64,000 nucleotides of DNA from an uncultured Gemmatimonadales bacterium (GTDB taxonomy: Bacteria > Gemmatimonadota > Gemmatimonadetes > Gemmatimonadales > GWC2-71-9): assembly GCA_963828735.1 (NCBI GenBank), contig CAWHFW010000002.1, positions 64,001 to 128,000 on the forward strand, written 5' to 3'. Position numbers and translations under genes: made by a program. Of this stretch, positions 33,115 to 43,657 are shown piece by piece. The notes beneath the pieces were generated by a model that made no database searches, was not told where the DNA came from, and saw only the letters and a list, made by a program, of their open reading frames with translations. Within the stretch, counting starts at the first letter, position 1; every line of letters starts with the position of its first letter.

Positions 33115-34292
33115 CCGCCCTCTACCTGCTCGAGCCGAGCGATCCGGGCGCCGCGTGGGCGCCGTTCGCCGGTGTACGGCCGATCGCCGAGCTCCGAGCG
33201 GGGGCCTGGCGAGTGCGGGAACGCTGGGAGGCGGCGTGCCAGATCGACGCCACCGCGATTCTGGGCGATCACGTGGAGCAATTCCACGAAGGCGACGAGC
33301 CTCCCGTCCGGCCGCTGGAGCCGGTGGACGGCCCGGCGATCGTCGGCGCCTCGTGGTTCGCGCCCTCGGGTGATCGGATCCCGGATCTGCACGCGTCCGG
33401 CGCCGTGCGCCGATTGCGCCATGGCGACCACACGGTCGGCTGGCTCGTTCCCGCAGGGGAGCGATGGGACGGGCCACACGAGCGCGGAGAGGCCCGCGAG
33501 GTGGACGGGCTCGTCCTGGGCGGCGCGTTCGATCTGGTCACCGCGCTGGAACGATTCCTCGGCGAAGATTGCGCCGACCTCAGGGCGGCGCCGGCTACCG
33601 GCGTCCCCGAGGGCAGTCTCGTGCTGGGCGACGCGGCCAACGTCGTGGTGATGGGATCGGCGGTCGAGCCGGGCGTGGTCTTCGACGTTCGCCTCGGCGC
33701 GGTCGTGCTCGAGCCAGGTGTGGAGGTGCGGCACGGCACTCGGCTCGAGGGCCCCGTCTTCGTCGGCGCGCGCTCGAAGGTGCTGGGGGGATTCATCCGC
33801 GCCTCGGTGTTCGGCCCGGAGTGTCGGGTCCACGGGGAGATCGCGGCGTCCGTCTTCCTCGGCTATGCCAACAAGAGTCACGACGGCTTCGTCGGACACA
33901 GTGTCGTGGGCCACTGGGTGAACCTCGGCGCCCTGACCACCACGTCCAATCTCAAGAACACCTACGGCGCGGTCCGGCTCGAGGTCGCGGGTCAGCGCAT
34001 CGAGACCGGCCGCCAGAACCTGGGCACGCTCTTCGGTGACCACGCCAAGACCGCGATCGGAACGATGCTCGCGACCGGCACCGTCGTGGGCGCGGGCGCG
34101 AACGTGTTCGGACCCGCAGCGCCGCCGAAGTACGTGCCGCCGTTCGCGTGGGGTGGCGAGGGGGCCGAACGGCTCACGCCGGACGGTTTCCTGCGCGTCG
34201 CCGAGCGCGTGATGACCCGTCGCAACGTGGACATGACCCCGGAGCGTCGGCGCTCGCTCGAGCGGACCTTCCACCGCGGGATCGGTGAATGA
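33111..34292 (+). CDS. GlmU-like putative sugar nucleotidyltransferase/acyltransferase with left-handed beta-helix
   Basis: RPIAELRAG N-terminal motif; hexapeptide region; ANKSHDGFVGHSVVGHWVNLGA, SNLKNTYG, GDHAKTAIG. Confidence 0.82.
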   Translation: MTALYLLEPSDPGAAWAPFAGVRPIAELRAGAWRVRERWEAACQIDATAILGDHVEQFHEGDEPPVRPLEPVDGPAIVGASWFAPSGDRIPDLHASGAVRRLRHGDHTVGWLVPAGERWDGPHERGEAREVDGLVLGGAFDLVTALERFLGEDCADLRAAPATGVPEGSLVLGDAANVVVMGSAVEPGVVFDVRLGAVVLEPGVEVRHGTRLEGPVFVGARSKVLGGFIRASVFGPECRVHGEIAASVFLGYANKSHDGFVGHSVVGHWVNLGALTTTSNLKNTYGAVRLEVAGQRIETGRQNLGTLFGDHAKTAIGTMLATGTVVGAGANVFGPAAPPKYVPPFAWGGEGAERLTPDGFLRVAERVMTRRNVDMTPERRRSLERTFHRGIGE

Positions 34293-35098
34293 TGCGCCTG
34301 TTCGTGCTGGGCTCGGGGTCCCGCGGGAACTGCTTCGCAGTCGAGACGGAGGGTGTGGCCCTGCTGCTCGACGCGGGATTCAGCGCGCGCGAGATCGAGC
34401 GGCGGGCCGAGTCGTCGGGGCTCGAGCTCGGCCGGGTCGCCGCGATCGTCCTGACGCACGAGCACGGGGACCACGCGTCGGGCGCACCGAGGCTGGCCCG
34501 GCGCCTGCGAATTCCGGTCCTCACCGCGCCCGGAACCTGGGATCGACTCGCCCCACGGATGCGGGAGGCGACGCACCACGGCCTCGGCCTCCGGAACGCG
34601 ATCGAGGTGGGGCCGTTCCGCGTCCAGGGTTGTCCGACCAGCCACGATGCCGCCGAGCCCATGGCCCTCGCCGTACGGACGGCGGATGGCACGAGTCTCG
34701 GCGTCGCCTACGATCTCGGGCGCGCCACGTCCGCCGTGCGCTACCTGCTGCGCGAGCTCACGGCGCTGGTGCTCGAGGCGAACCATGACGAGGTGGCCCT
34801 GAGGACGAGCGGCTACCCGCCGGTGGTACAACGCCGGATCGCCGGCTCGGGCGGCCATCTGTCCAACCGTGCCGCCGCCGACCTGCTGGCCGAGCTGCAC
34901 CATCCGGGGCTCGCGGTGGTGGTGCTCGCCCACCTCAGCCAGCGGTGCAACACCGCGGAGGAAGCGCGCGCGACCGTCGCCCCGGCGCTCCGGCGCGCGG
35001 GCTTCGGCGGCGAGCTGCACGTGGCCGCGCAGGATGTACCGCTGCCGCCGATCGACGTGGCGATGCCGGAGCGCGCGCAGCTCCGATTGGCGCTGTAG
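34289..35098 (+). CDS. MBL-fold metallohydrolase (YycJ/WalJ-like)
   Basis: LGSGSRGN, THEHGDH, SHDA, LEANHD, GHLSN, AHLS. Confidence 0.9.
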   Translation: MMRLFVLGSGSRGNCFAVETEGVALLLDAGFSAREIERRAESSGLELGRVAAIVLTHEHGDHASGAPRLARRLRIPVLTAPGTWDRLAPRMREATHHGLGLRNAIEVGPFRVQGCPTSHDAAEPMALAVRTADGTSLGVAYDLGRATSAVRYLLRELTALVLEANHDEVALRTSGYPPVVQRRIAGSGGHLSNRAAADLLAELHHPGLAVVVLAHLSQRCNTAEEARATVAPALRRAGFGGELHVAAQDVPLPPIDVAMPERAQLRLAL

Positions 35099-35257
35099 TC
35101 CTACCCCGCCGCGGCGAAATCCCGGCATCGGGGGCGGGATCGCCACAATGCCGCGAGGGATCCACTCGGACCGGGTTCGGCCGCCGAGTGGATCCCTCGT
35201 TGCGTTGCTGGCCCGACTGGTTCGGGCCTTCCCGATTTCGTGATGTCTGCCGAGTGG

Positions 35258-35638
35258 CTATGACGGCTGCGTGTTGGGATCGGGTGGCACCTGCACCGAA
35301 TCGGGCCGTGGCGTCGGCGGGCCGACCTTCTGGAAGTTCACGGGCTCGTTCAGATCTCCGCCGGACAGCTTCAGGCTCTTTCCCTTCAGCTTGAGGCCAT
35401 AGTTGACCCACTCGCCACCGAGCGCCAGGGCCAGGCTGTCCCCCACGATGCGCCAACGGACGGTCTGGGTGCCGTAGCTGGCGCTGCTGTCCGGCCGCAC
35501 GATCACGGTGCGCGGACCTTCCTTCTTCGGATCCTGCTTCAGGTCAAACTTCCACGTCCCCAGAATCGCGGGCTGTTGGGCGCTCGCGATGCGCGGCACC
35601 GCAAGCATCGCCACCAGCAGGATACAGCCGAGCCTCAC
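35258..35638 (-). CDS. Secreted hypothetical protein
   Basis: GGAGGA RBS, GTG start, signal peptide ending ASA-QQ, GTW motif, beta-rich. Confidence 0.7.
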   Translation of the reverse strand: MRLGCILLVAMLAVPRIASAQQPAILGTWKFDLKQDPKKEGPRTVIVRPDSSASYGTQTVRWRIVGDSLALALGGEWVNYGLKLKGKSLKLSGGDLNEPVNFQKVGPPTPRPDSVQVPPDPNTQPS

Positions 35639-35655
35639 GATGTCCTCCGGGTGTG

Positions 35656-35706
35656 ACGGAATCCGCGGTTAATCGAGTGCGGGTATAGTCTAACCGCGGA
35701 CTCCGT
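35656..35706. repeat. 16-bp inverted repeat with 19-nt loop between two co-directional genes
   Basis: ACGGAATCCGCGGTTA ... TAACCGCGGACTCCGT (one mismatch). Confidence 0.6.
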
Positions 35707-35719
35707 GCCAACCAACCGC

Positions 35720-36338
35720 TCAGCGGCCGCCGAGCGGGAAACCGAAGCCCACTGAGAGATGGACGTCGTTCTGGGTGGTCTTGTCGGTCTCGAGCGTGGT
35801 TTCGTCGATGCGCGTGCCGTAGATGTAATCGTCCGCGGACACGAAGAGGCTGAGCACGCTCCCGAGGTGGAAACCGACCGCCGCGCCTACCACCCCGCCG
35901 AAGTCGTCCTTGTCGGAGACGCCCTCGTAGGCAGGGCCGCTCCGGCGGATGTAGCTGCCGCCACCGCTCAGGTTGAGCCAGACGGGGGACGTCACCGGCA
36001 ACACGAAGAAGGTGGCACGGGCCGAGCCGAAGAGCAGGTTCGCCTTGTCCTTGACCTGCTCACCGGTCGCCAGGTCGAGCTTGAGGTCGCTCGGCACGTA
36101 GGTGACCGTCGTGGTGAGCCCGAACCGCGGGCCGAAGAGGAATCCGAGTCGTCCGCCAACCGCAAGGCCGACCTCCTGCTTGAACTCGTCACCATTGGCC
36201 GCCTTGATCAGCTCGGACGTTCGGGAAGTACACACCGATCGTGGGCGAGAGCGACACCTTCTGGGCGGTGGCGGAGGCCGCCGGCAGAAGCACGGCCGCC
36301 AGCGCGACGGCGAGGACGCGGGACGTGGGGCTGAACAT
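35720..36338 (-). CDS. Small outer-membrane beta-barrel protein, split by a frameshift near 36221
   Basis: AGGAG RBS + ATG 36338, signal peptide ending ATA-Q; after removing one base the frame continues PTSELIK... to VHLSVGFGFPLGGR; alternating hydrophobic strands. Confidence 0.65.
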
Positions 36339-36451
36339 CGGGGGTCTCCTGTAGAGGTCGTTGATATCGTGGGCACCCGGGATCGAGCGACCGGGTCATC
36401 CATAGGACGAGTCAAGCCGCTCCACATTCTCACTCATGCCTGCTCGAGTCA

Positions 36452-38583
<2,132 letters not shown>

Positions 38584-38636
38584 CTCTGTCCTCCACAGCA
38601 CTATTGGGGTGATGTAAGATATGGTTCTACAACGTT

Positions 38637-38663
38637 TTAGCACTCTAGATTAACGAGTGCCAA
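38637..38663. promoter_or_regulatory. CIRCE element (HrcA operator)
   Basis: TTAGCACTC-N9-GAGTGCCAA, one mismatch to the consensus, in the groES leader. Confidence 0.95.
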
Positions 38664-38673
38664 ACTGGTGGCA

Positions 38674-38701
38674 AAGATAAGGCGATCATCAGTACTGTCA
38701 A
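38674..38701 (-). promoter_or_regulatory. sigma70 promoter of groESL
   Basis: TTGACA-N16-TATCTT directly upstream of CIRCE. Confidence 0.75.
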
Positions 38702-39097
38702 GCGCTTCGCGCCCCCGCGCCGGGAGCAACCCAGGTGCCGGCGAAACTGGTCAAATCGGCAGAGAAACGTGGCGGGACCGATACCGCGAGGAGGAACTCA
38801 GGTCAGGGCGACAGGAGAGGCTGTCAAGGCGACGGGGAGCACCCCCGGGGCGGTCGGCGTCAAAGATCGAAGCGCCGCTCCCGCCGACGAATCGTCCCCC
38901 GCGACGGAAGAACCGTCGCTGGGTTGAGCCCGTCACCGGCGATGAGCACGATCCACGATCGGCTGCTTGACATTGCCCGGAGGCCCTCGGAATTTCCGCA
39001 CGCCTGCGCCGGTACCATTGTCATGATGGAGGGCGCATAACTTGACCGGCGGTGGACGATGGCGCAACGCCGCCGGCCTCCTCGTCACGGAGTAGGA

Positions 39098-40231
39098 ATG
39101 ATGCTGTGGAGCCTGATGCTGGCCGCTGCCGTTGTTGCAGCCGCACCTGGCCCCGTGTCGCCTTCCACCGTCACCATGGTGGTGGACTCGTCCAAGCACG
39201 AGCTCACGATCACGGCCGGCCCTTTCGACCTGCCGAACATGCCCCCGATGGACGACCACGCGATGATGACCCCCGGCATGTCTCACGATGTGCCGGTGCA
39301 GCGCTTCGCCTGGCCGGTCGACGGATGGTTCCGGGGCTTCCGGGTGGCGGTGACGGATGCCCAAGGACACGAGCTCCCTCGCCACGTCTTGCATCACCTC
39401 ATCATCGTCAACTTCAGCCGCCGCCAGCTCGTCTACAGCGCGTCCGAACGCCTGATGGGGGCGGGAACGGAAACCGATAAGGAAGTGACCGTCCCCAAGA
39501 CGATTGGCATCCCCATGAAGCCGGGGATGAAGCTCGGCATGTACGTGGCCTGGCACAACGATACCGGAAAGGATCTCGACGGAGTCTATCTCAGGCTGAC
39601 CATGCTGTGGACGCCCAAGAACCAGAATCCGCGCCCGGTGAACTCCATGCCGCTCTACATGGACGTCAACCTGACCGTCGGTGGGAGCAACACCTTCGAC
39701 GTGCCCCCGGGCAAGTCCACGAAGTCGTTCGAGTTCACCCTTCCGGTCAGCGGTCGGCTGCTTGCCGTCGGCGGGCACATGCACGACTACGGTGTCGCCG
39801 TGCGGCTCGAGGACGCCGAGACCGGCAAGGTGATCACCAGCGTCGTGGCCAGGCGGGATGCGCTGGGGAAGGTCACCGGAATCAGCCGACGGCTGTTCGG
39901 GGTGAGCGGTGAAGGGCTCAAGCTCGAGGCCAACCACAAGTACCGCGTGGTGGGCGAGTACGACAACCCGACCAACGAGATCAGAGTGAAGGGTGCGATG
40001 GCTCACATGGTCGGCCTGTTCGTCCCCGACGACATGAGCAGGTGGCCCAAGATCGACCCGAACGATCCCGACTACCGGCGTGATCTGGCGCAACTGCAGG
40101 TGGAGGGAGGCCAGGTGGGGGCGGAGCATGGCGGCCACGACGGCCAAGGCCGGATGCAGATGGATCACGGTCAGATGGACCATGGCCAGATGCAGCACGC
40201 GGGGCCGAGCGCCAAGGGGAGCGATCGGTAG
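39098..40231 (+). CDS. Secreted His/Met-rich protein, probable copper type II (PHM/DBM-like) monooxygenase fold
   Basis: Signal peptide; LHH, WHN, GHMH, AMAHM motifs in PHM order; MDHGQ repeats at the C-terminus. Confidence 0.6.
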   Translation: MMLWSLMLAAAVVAAAPGPVSPSTVTMVVDSSKHELTITAGPFDLPNMPPMDDHAMMTPGMSHDVPVQRFAWPVDGWFRGFRVAVTDAQGHELPRHVLHHLIIVNFSRRQLVYSASERLMGAGTETDKEVTVPKTIGIPMKPGMKLGMYVAWHNDTGKDLDGVYLRLTMLWTPKNQNPRPVNSMPLYMDVNLTVGGSNTFDVPPGKSTKSFEFTLPVSGRLLAVGGHMHDYGVAVRLEDAETGKVITSVVARRDALGKVTGISRRLFGVSGEGLKLEANHKYRVVGEYDNPTNEIRVKGAMAHMVGLFVPDDMSRWPKIDPNDPDYRRDLAQLQVEGGQVGAEHGGHDGQGRMQMDHGQMDHGQMQHAGPSAKGSDR

Positions 40232-40364
40232 GCGGACCCACGCCCGCTCTCCGTCGCCCTCATCCTGGCTGTCCTGAACGAAGCGAGGGATCTTGGCGGA
40301 GAATGGGTCGAGCCATTCCCCGCCTAGATCCCTCGACGGCACCGCCGCCTGAGCCGGTGCCCTG

Positions 40365-41357
40365 CTAGAGAATCCGCCGCACCCCGACCCACCGCTTGTA
40401 CCACCACCGCCCGTACGGATCGTCGTCGCTCAGCACGCTCTCCTGCACGCCGTGCGTCGCGCTGTGAATGAACCGGCCGCCTCCGACATAGAGGCCGATG
40501 TGGGTCACCGGGCCGCCGCGGTTCGAGAACGTGAGCAGATCTCCGGGGACGAGGTGCGCCGGATCCTTCTTCACGTCCCGACCCTCGCGAGCCTGCTCGG
40601 CGCTCGTGCGTGGCAACGTGACACCGCGCTGGCCGTAGGCATACTGGATGAGCCCCGAGCAGTCGAACCCACCGCCGTCCGCGCCGGTGCCTCCGTATAC
40701 GTATGGACGGCCCATGACGTGCCGCGCGGTCGCCACCACGGAGTCCGCCAGCACCGCGGCAGAGGTGAGCGGTGGCCTCGATGCCGGCGTGGTCGTGAGC
40801 GGCGGCAGCGCCGAGTCATTGGACGTGGTGACCGGCACCGGTGCCCGAGGCGAGGCCGGCGCCTTCCGACCGCCGCCGCCAAGGCTGATGGAGATTCCCG
40901 CGGCGAATTCGAAGCCCTCGCGCTGGTCGAGCGACACCTGCCGGTAACGTCCTTCCGCGCCTACGTGCAGGAAGGACGCGGGCACCAGCTCGTATCCCAC
41001 GCCGGCCGACCACGAGCTCCACGTGCTCGAAAACGACTGCGAGTGCGCCGAGCCGAGCCCGGCGAGGAGGCCGGCGACGAGATAGGGGCCGCTGGCGCCA
41101 CCCCGGAAGGCAGTCAGATCGAGGCCCAAGCCGCCGAGCGCGCCGTCTGCGCCCTTGACGCGGCGGAAATAGTCGCCGTGGACGCTGGCCCCGATCGTGC
41201 CGCTCAGCGGCCGACTCACTCCGAGCCGATAGACCGTCCAGCCATCCTCCTGATAGAACCGTCCCACCTGGCCCTCGATCCCCTGCTGGCCGGCGGCCGG
41301 TCCCGTGATGACGAGGCATGCAACGGCGACCGCACCGCCAACGGCGCCGGCCCTCAT
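40365..41357 (-). CDS. NlpC/P60 (C40) peptidase with N-terminal putative beta-barrel domain
   Basis: GRPYVYGG, FDCSG, LPRTS, PGDL, HIGLY, FIHS; signal peptide and amphipathic strands upstream. Confidence 0.88.
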   Translation of the reverse strand: MRAGAVGGAVAVACLVITGPAAGQQGIEGQVGRFYQEDGWTVYRLGVSRPLSGTIGASVHGDYFRRVKGADGALGGLGLDLTAFRGGASGPYLVAGLLAGLGSAHSQSFSSTWSSWSAGVGYELVPASFLHVGAEGRYRQVSLDQREGFEFAAGISISLGGGGRKAPASPRAPVPVTTSNDSALPPLTTTPASRPPLTSAAVLADSVVATARHVMGRPYVYGGTGADGGGFDCSGLIQYAYGQRGVTLPRTSAEQAREGRDVKKDPAHLVPGDLLTFSNRGGPVTHIGLYVGGGRFIHSATHGVQESVLSDDDPYGRWWYKRWVGVRRIL

Positions 41358-41734
41358 GATCGCTCTCGCACGGGACGGCCGGTCCGGAGATCCACGAGAT
41401 AGCTGTCACCGGGGCGGCAGTGGTCGGAGAGTCGGGCCCGCATCACCGTATCGTTCACGATCTCGGGAGCGGCGGACGTGTAGAGCAAGGGCACGGGGGT
41501 TCGGACGGCGCCGTGGCGAATCTCGATCGCTCGCGCGGTACAGCGGCCCGTGTCGCCGCTGTCGGACCGGGCGAGCGTGAACCAGACCTCCGCCCCGCCG
41601 GGCACGGTGGCCACGAGCGAGTCGGCCGGGGCGGCGGGAGGCGTGGCGTCGGTCGGCTTGGGCGCGGGCGCGCGCTCGCCGCACGCGAGCGCGCCGACCA
41701 CCACGCCGCCGAGCAGCAGCTCGCGGCCGGTCAT
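41354..41734 (-). CDS. Putative lipoprotein
   Basis: ALAC lipobox, Pro/Ala linker, two more Cys; ATGA overlaps on both sides. Confidence 0.7.
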   Translation of the reverse strand: MTGRELLLGGVVVGALACGERAPAPKPTDATPPAAPADSLVATVPGGAEVWFTLARSDSGDTGRCTARAIEIRHGAVRTPVPLLYTSAAPEIVNDTVMRARLSDHCRPGDSYLVDLRTGRPVRERS

Positions 41735-42033
41735 TCGGGCGGCTCTCCGGTGACCGGGAGGCCGAGGCTCACCGTGTCCGGCGTGCCGTCCACGGTGACG
41801 GCCAGGACCTCGCGGACCTCGGGACTCTGCCGGAGATAGCGAAGCCACAGGATGATCGTCGCGAACCCGGTGGCGGCCCCACACACCGCCGTGACCACAA
41901 GGCCGTCCACTGGATTCTCGATCCGCATCGCGATCAACGCGCCAGCGACCGCGCCAAAAAACGAAGCTGCCCACGCCAGGAATGGCGTGAGCAGCCAACC
42001 GAAGATCCGGAAGATCAGCCGCAGCCACCGCAT
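41731..42033 (-). CDS. Small membrane protein
   Basis: Two hydrophobic helices, tightly packed in the operon. Confidence 0.7.
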   Translation of the reverse strand: MRWLRLIFRIFGWLLTPFLAWAASFFGAVAGALIAMRIENPVDGLVVTAVCGAATGFATIILWLRYLRQSPEVREVLAVTVDGTPDTVSLGLPVTGEPPE

Positions 42034-42036
42034 CGG

Positions 42037-42669
42037 TCAGCCGCGTTTGGCGCCCAGCCCCGAGATGAAGGCGGCCAGGGCGACACCGGGGAGGAAGGCG
42101 ACGGCGAACGTGCCGAGGTCCCAGCCGGCGCCTGGGAAGTGGATCAGCACGGCGACGACGGCCAGGACCACCGCGCACGCCACCGTGAGTCCGAACGCGC
42201 CGACGGGCGACGGCGCCGCGCCTTTAACCAGCTGGTTCGCGAGGATCCAGGCGCCCATCCATGGCAGGAACGTGCCGGCCATCCACCAGACCGGATGGTA
42301 CCACCAGTTGCTGCCGCCGCCGAGGTCGTACCAGCGGTGGCCGTAGGTCCCGATGTTCTGGAGCAGCGTGACGTCGATCAGGAGGAAGACGATCGCGGCC
42401 GCGAGTCCGATGCCCGCCGCCCCGGCGATCCCCTCGATCGTTCGGGGTCGCGTCCACAAACCCGGGAGGAGGATGACCACCGCCAAGCCGACGAGGACGA
42501 TCGCGCCGATGAGCACGGTCTGGAGCCCGCCGTTCATCAGCAGTCGGGACACGAGAGAAACCAGCAGGACGAACACGGCCTCGAGCAGGCCGAGCTTGAC
42601 CCCGCCGCGCACGATCGAAGGGATGTCGGTCAGGTCGTGGTCCGCACGCAGGTCCACTGCGGAATGCAT
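42037..42669 (-). CDS. Integral membrane protein of unknown function
   Basis: About 6 TM helices, aromatic WYDLGGGSNWWYHPVWWM segment; GGAG RBS; TTGGCC-N18-TATACT upstream. Confidence 0.75.
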   Translation of the reverse strand: MHSAVDLRADHDLTDIPSIVRGGVKLGLLEAVFVLLVSLVSRLLMNGGLQTVLIGAIVLVGLAVVILLPGLWTRPRTIEGIAGAAGIGLAAAIVFLLIDVTLLQNIGTYGHRWYDLGGGSNWWYHPVWWMAGTFLPWMGAWILANQLVKGAAPSPVGAFGLTVACAVVLAVVAVLIHFPGAGWDLGTFAVAFLPGVALAAFISGLGAKRG

Positions 42670-42736
42670 GCCGTCTCCGGGGCGAATGAGGGTGGCGAAG
42701 TATACGTAGCCGTCGACGCGGGGGCCAAGGGGAGCG

Positions 42737-43657
42737 TCACGTGCCCCAGGCGAGCACCACGACGAGGTCGGTGACCGCCCATGCCGCGAGCGCGCGATAC
42801 ATGCCTCGCTGGTGATCGGCCGGGGCCAGGCGCGACCAGCGTCTCCGCCACGGCAGCAGCACCGCGGCCCAGCAGACGAGCGCCACCAGCAGCCCGCCCC
42901 ACCGCAAGGCGTCCGGCCCGCTGGAACGCCATCCGGCCCGAAGGCCGGCCGCGACGAAGATCACGAACGCCGCGGCGGCCGCGGCGAGCGCCACGGAAAG
43001 GCTTCGGCGGACGCCGAGCACGCAGGCGAGCGTTCGGTCGCCGCGCCGGGTGTCCTCCTCGACCTGGTAGATCTGGGTAAGCGGGTAGAGCGCCGCGAAC
43101 AGCGGGCAGAAGGCCAGCAGCACGAGGCCGCGCGCCGCATCGATGGGAATGCCCGTCGCGGTCCATCCGGCGGCAGGTGTGAATGTCCCGAAGCCCCACA
43201 TGTTGATCAGCCAGTCCGCGCCGGCGACCGACTTGAGCCGGAGCGGCGGAACCGAATACGCGATCGACAACACGAAGCAGACGGCGTAGAGCATCGGATA
43301 GGGCGCCGGGAGGCCGAACGAAAGGATCTGGCCGAGCGCCATGAGGGCAAAGCTGACCGCGGCCAGCCGCCGGGGCGGCGCGGGCGGGTGTCGGAGGTAG
43401 GCGATGTCGCCCTCGTCCCGGTCGAACGCGCTGTTGAGCGCGAGCGTTCCACCATTGAGGCACACCACCCAGAGCACGAGCCCCAGCACGGCGGCGACCA
43501 ACCGCTCGCCTCGGGCGGCGCCGGCGAACCCGACGGCGAGCAGATACCCTACGGCCGTGTGAGCCGCCATGATCGGCCACTCGGCGGGCCGCAGATGGAG
43601 CAGGTAGTCGAGTCGCCGTCCGAGGAGGCGGTAGCCCGCCTCGCGGTCAAGGCTCAC
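42737..43657 (-). CDS. UbiA-family prenyltransferase
   Basis: HLRPAEW, NSAFDRDEGD, YSVPPLRLK, YQVEEDTRRGDRT; multiple TM helices. Confidence 0.85.
   Translation of the reverse strand: MSLDREAGYRLLGRRLDYLLHLRPAEWPIMAAHTAVGYLLAVGFAGAARGERLVAAVLGLVLWVVCLNGGTLALNSAFDRDEGDIAYLRHPPAPPRRLAAVSFALMALGQILSFGLPAPYPMLYAVCFVLSIAYSVPPLRLKSVAGADWLINMWGFGTFTPAAGWTATGIPIDAARGLVLLAFCPLFAALYPLTQIYQVEEDTRRGDRTLACVLGVRRSLSVALAAAAAAFVIFVAAGLRAGWRSSGPDALRWGGLLVALVCWAAVLLPWRRRWSRLAPADHQRGMYRALAAWAVTDLVVVLAWGT

Noticed and set aside
38720..38830. Glycine riboswitch (GGAGCAAC, CTCAGG and GGAGAG words)
   Set aside because: Motifs are in the wrong order, the CCGAAG element is missing, and the downstream gene is unrelated
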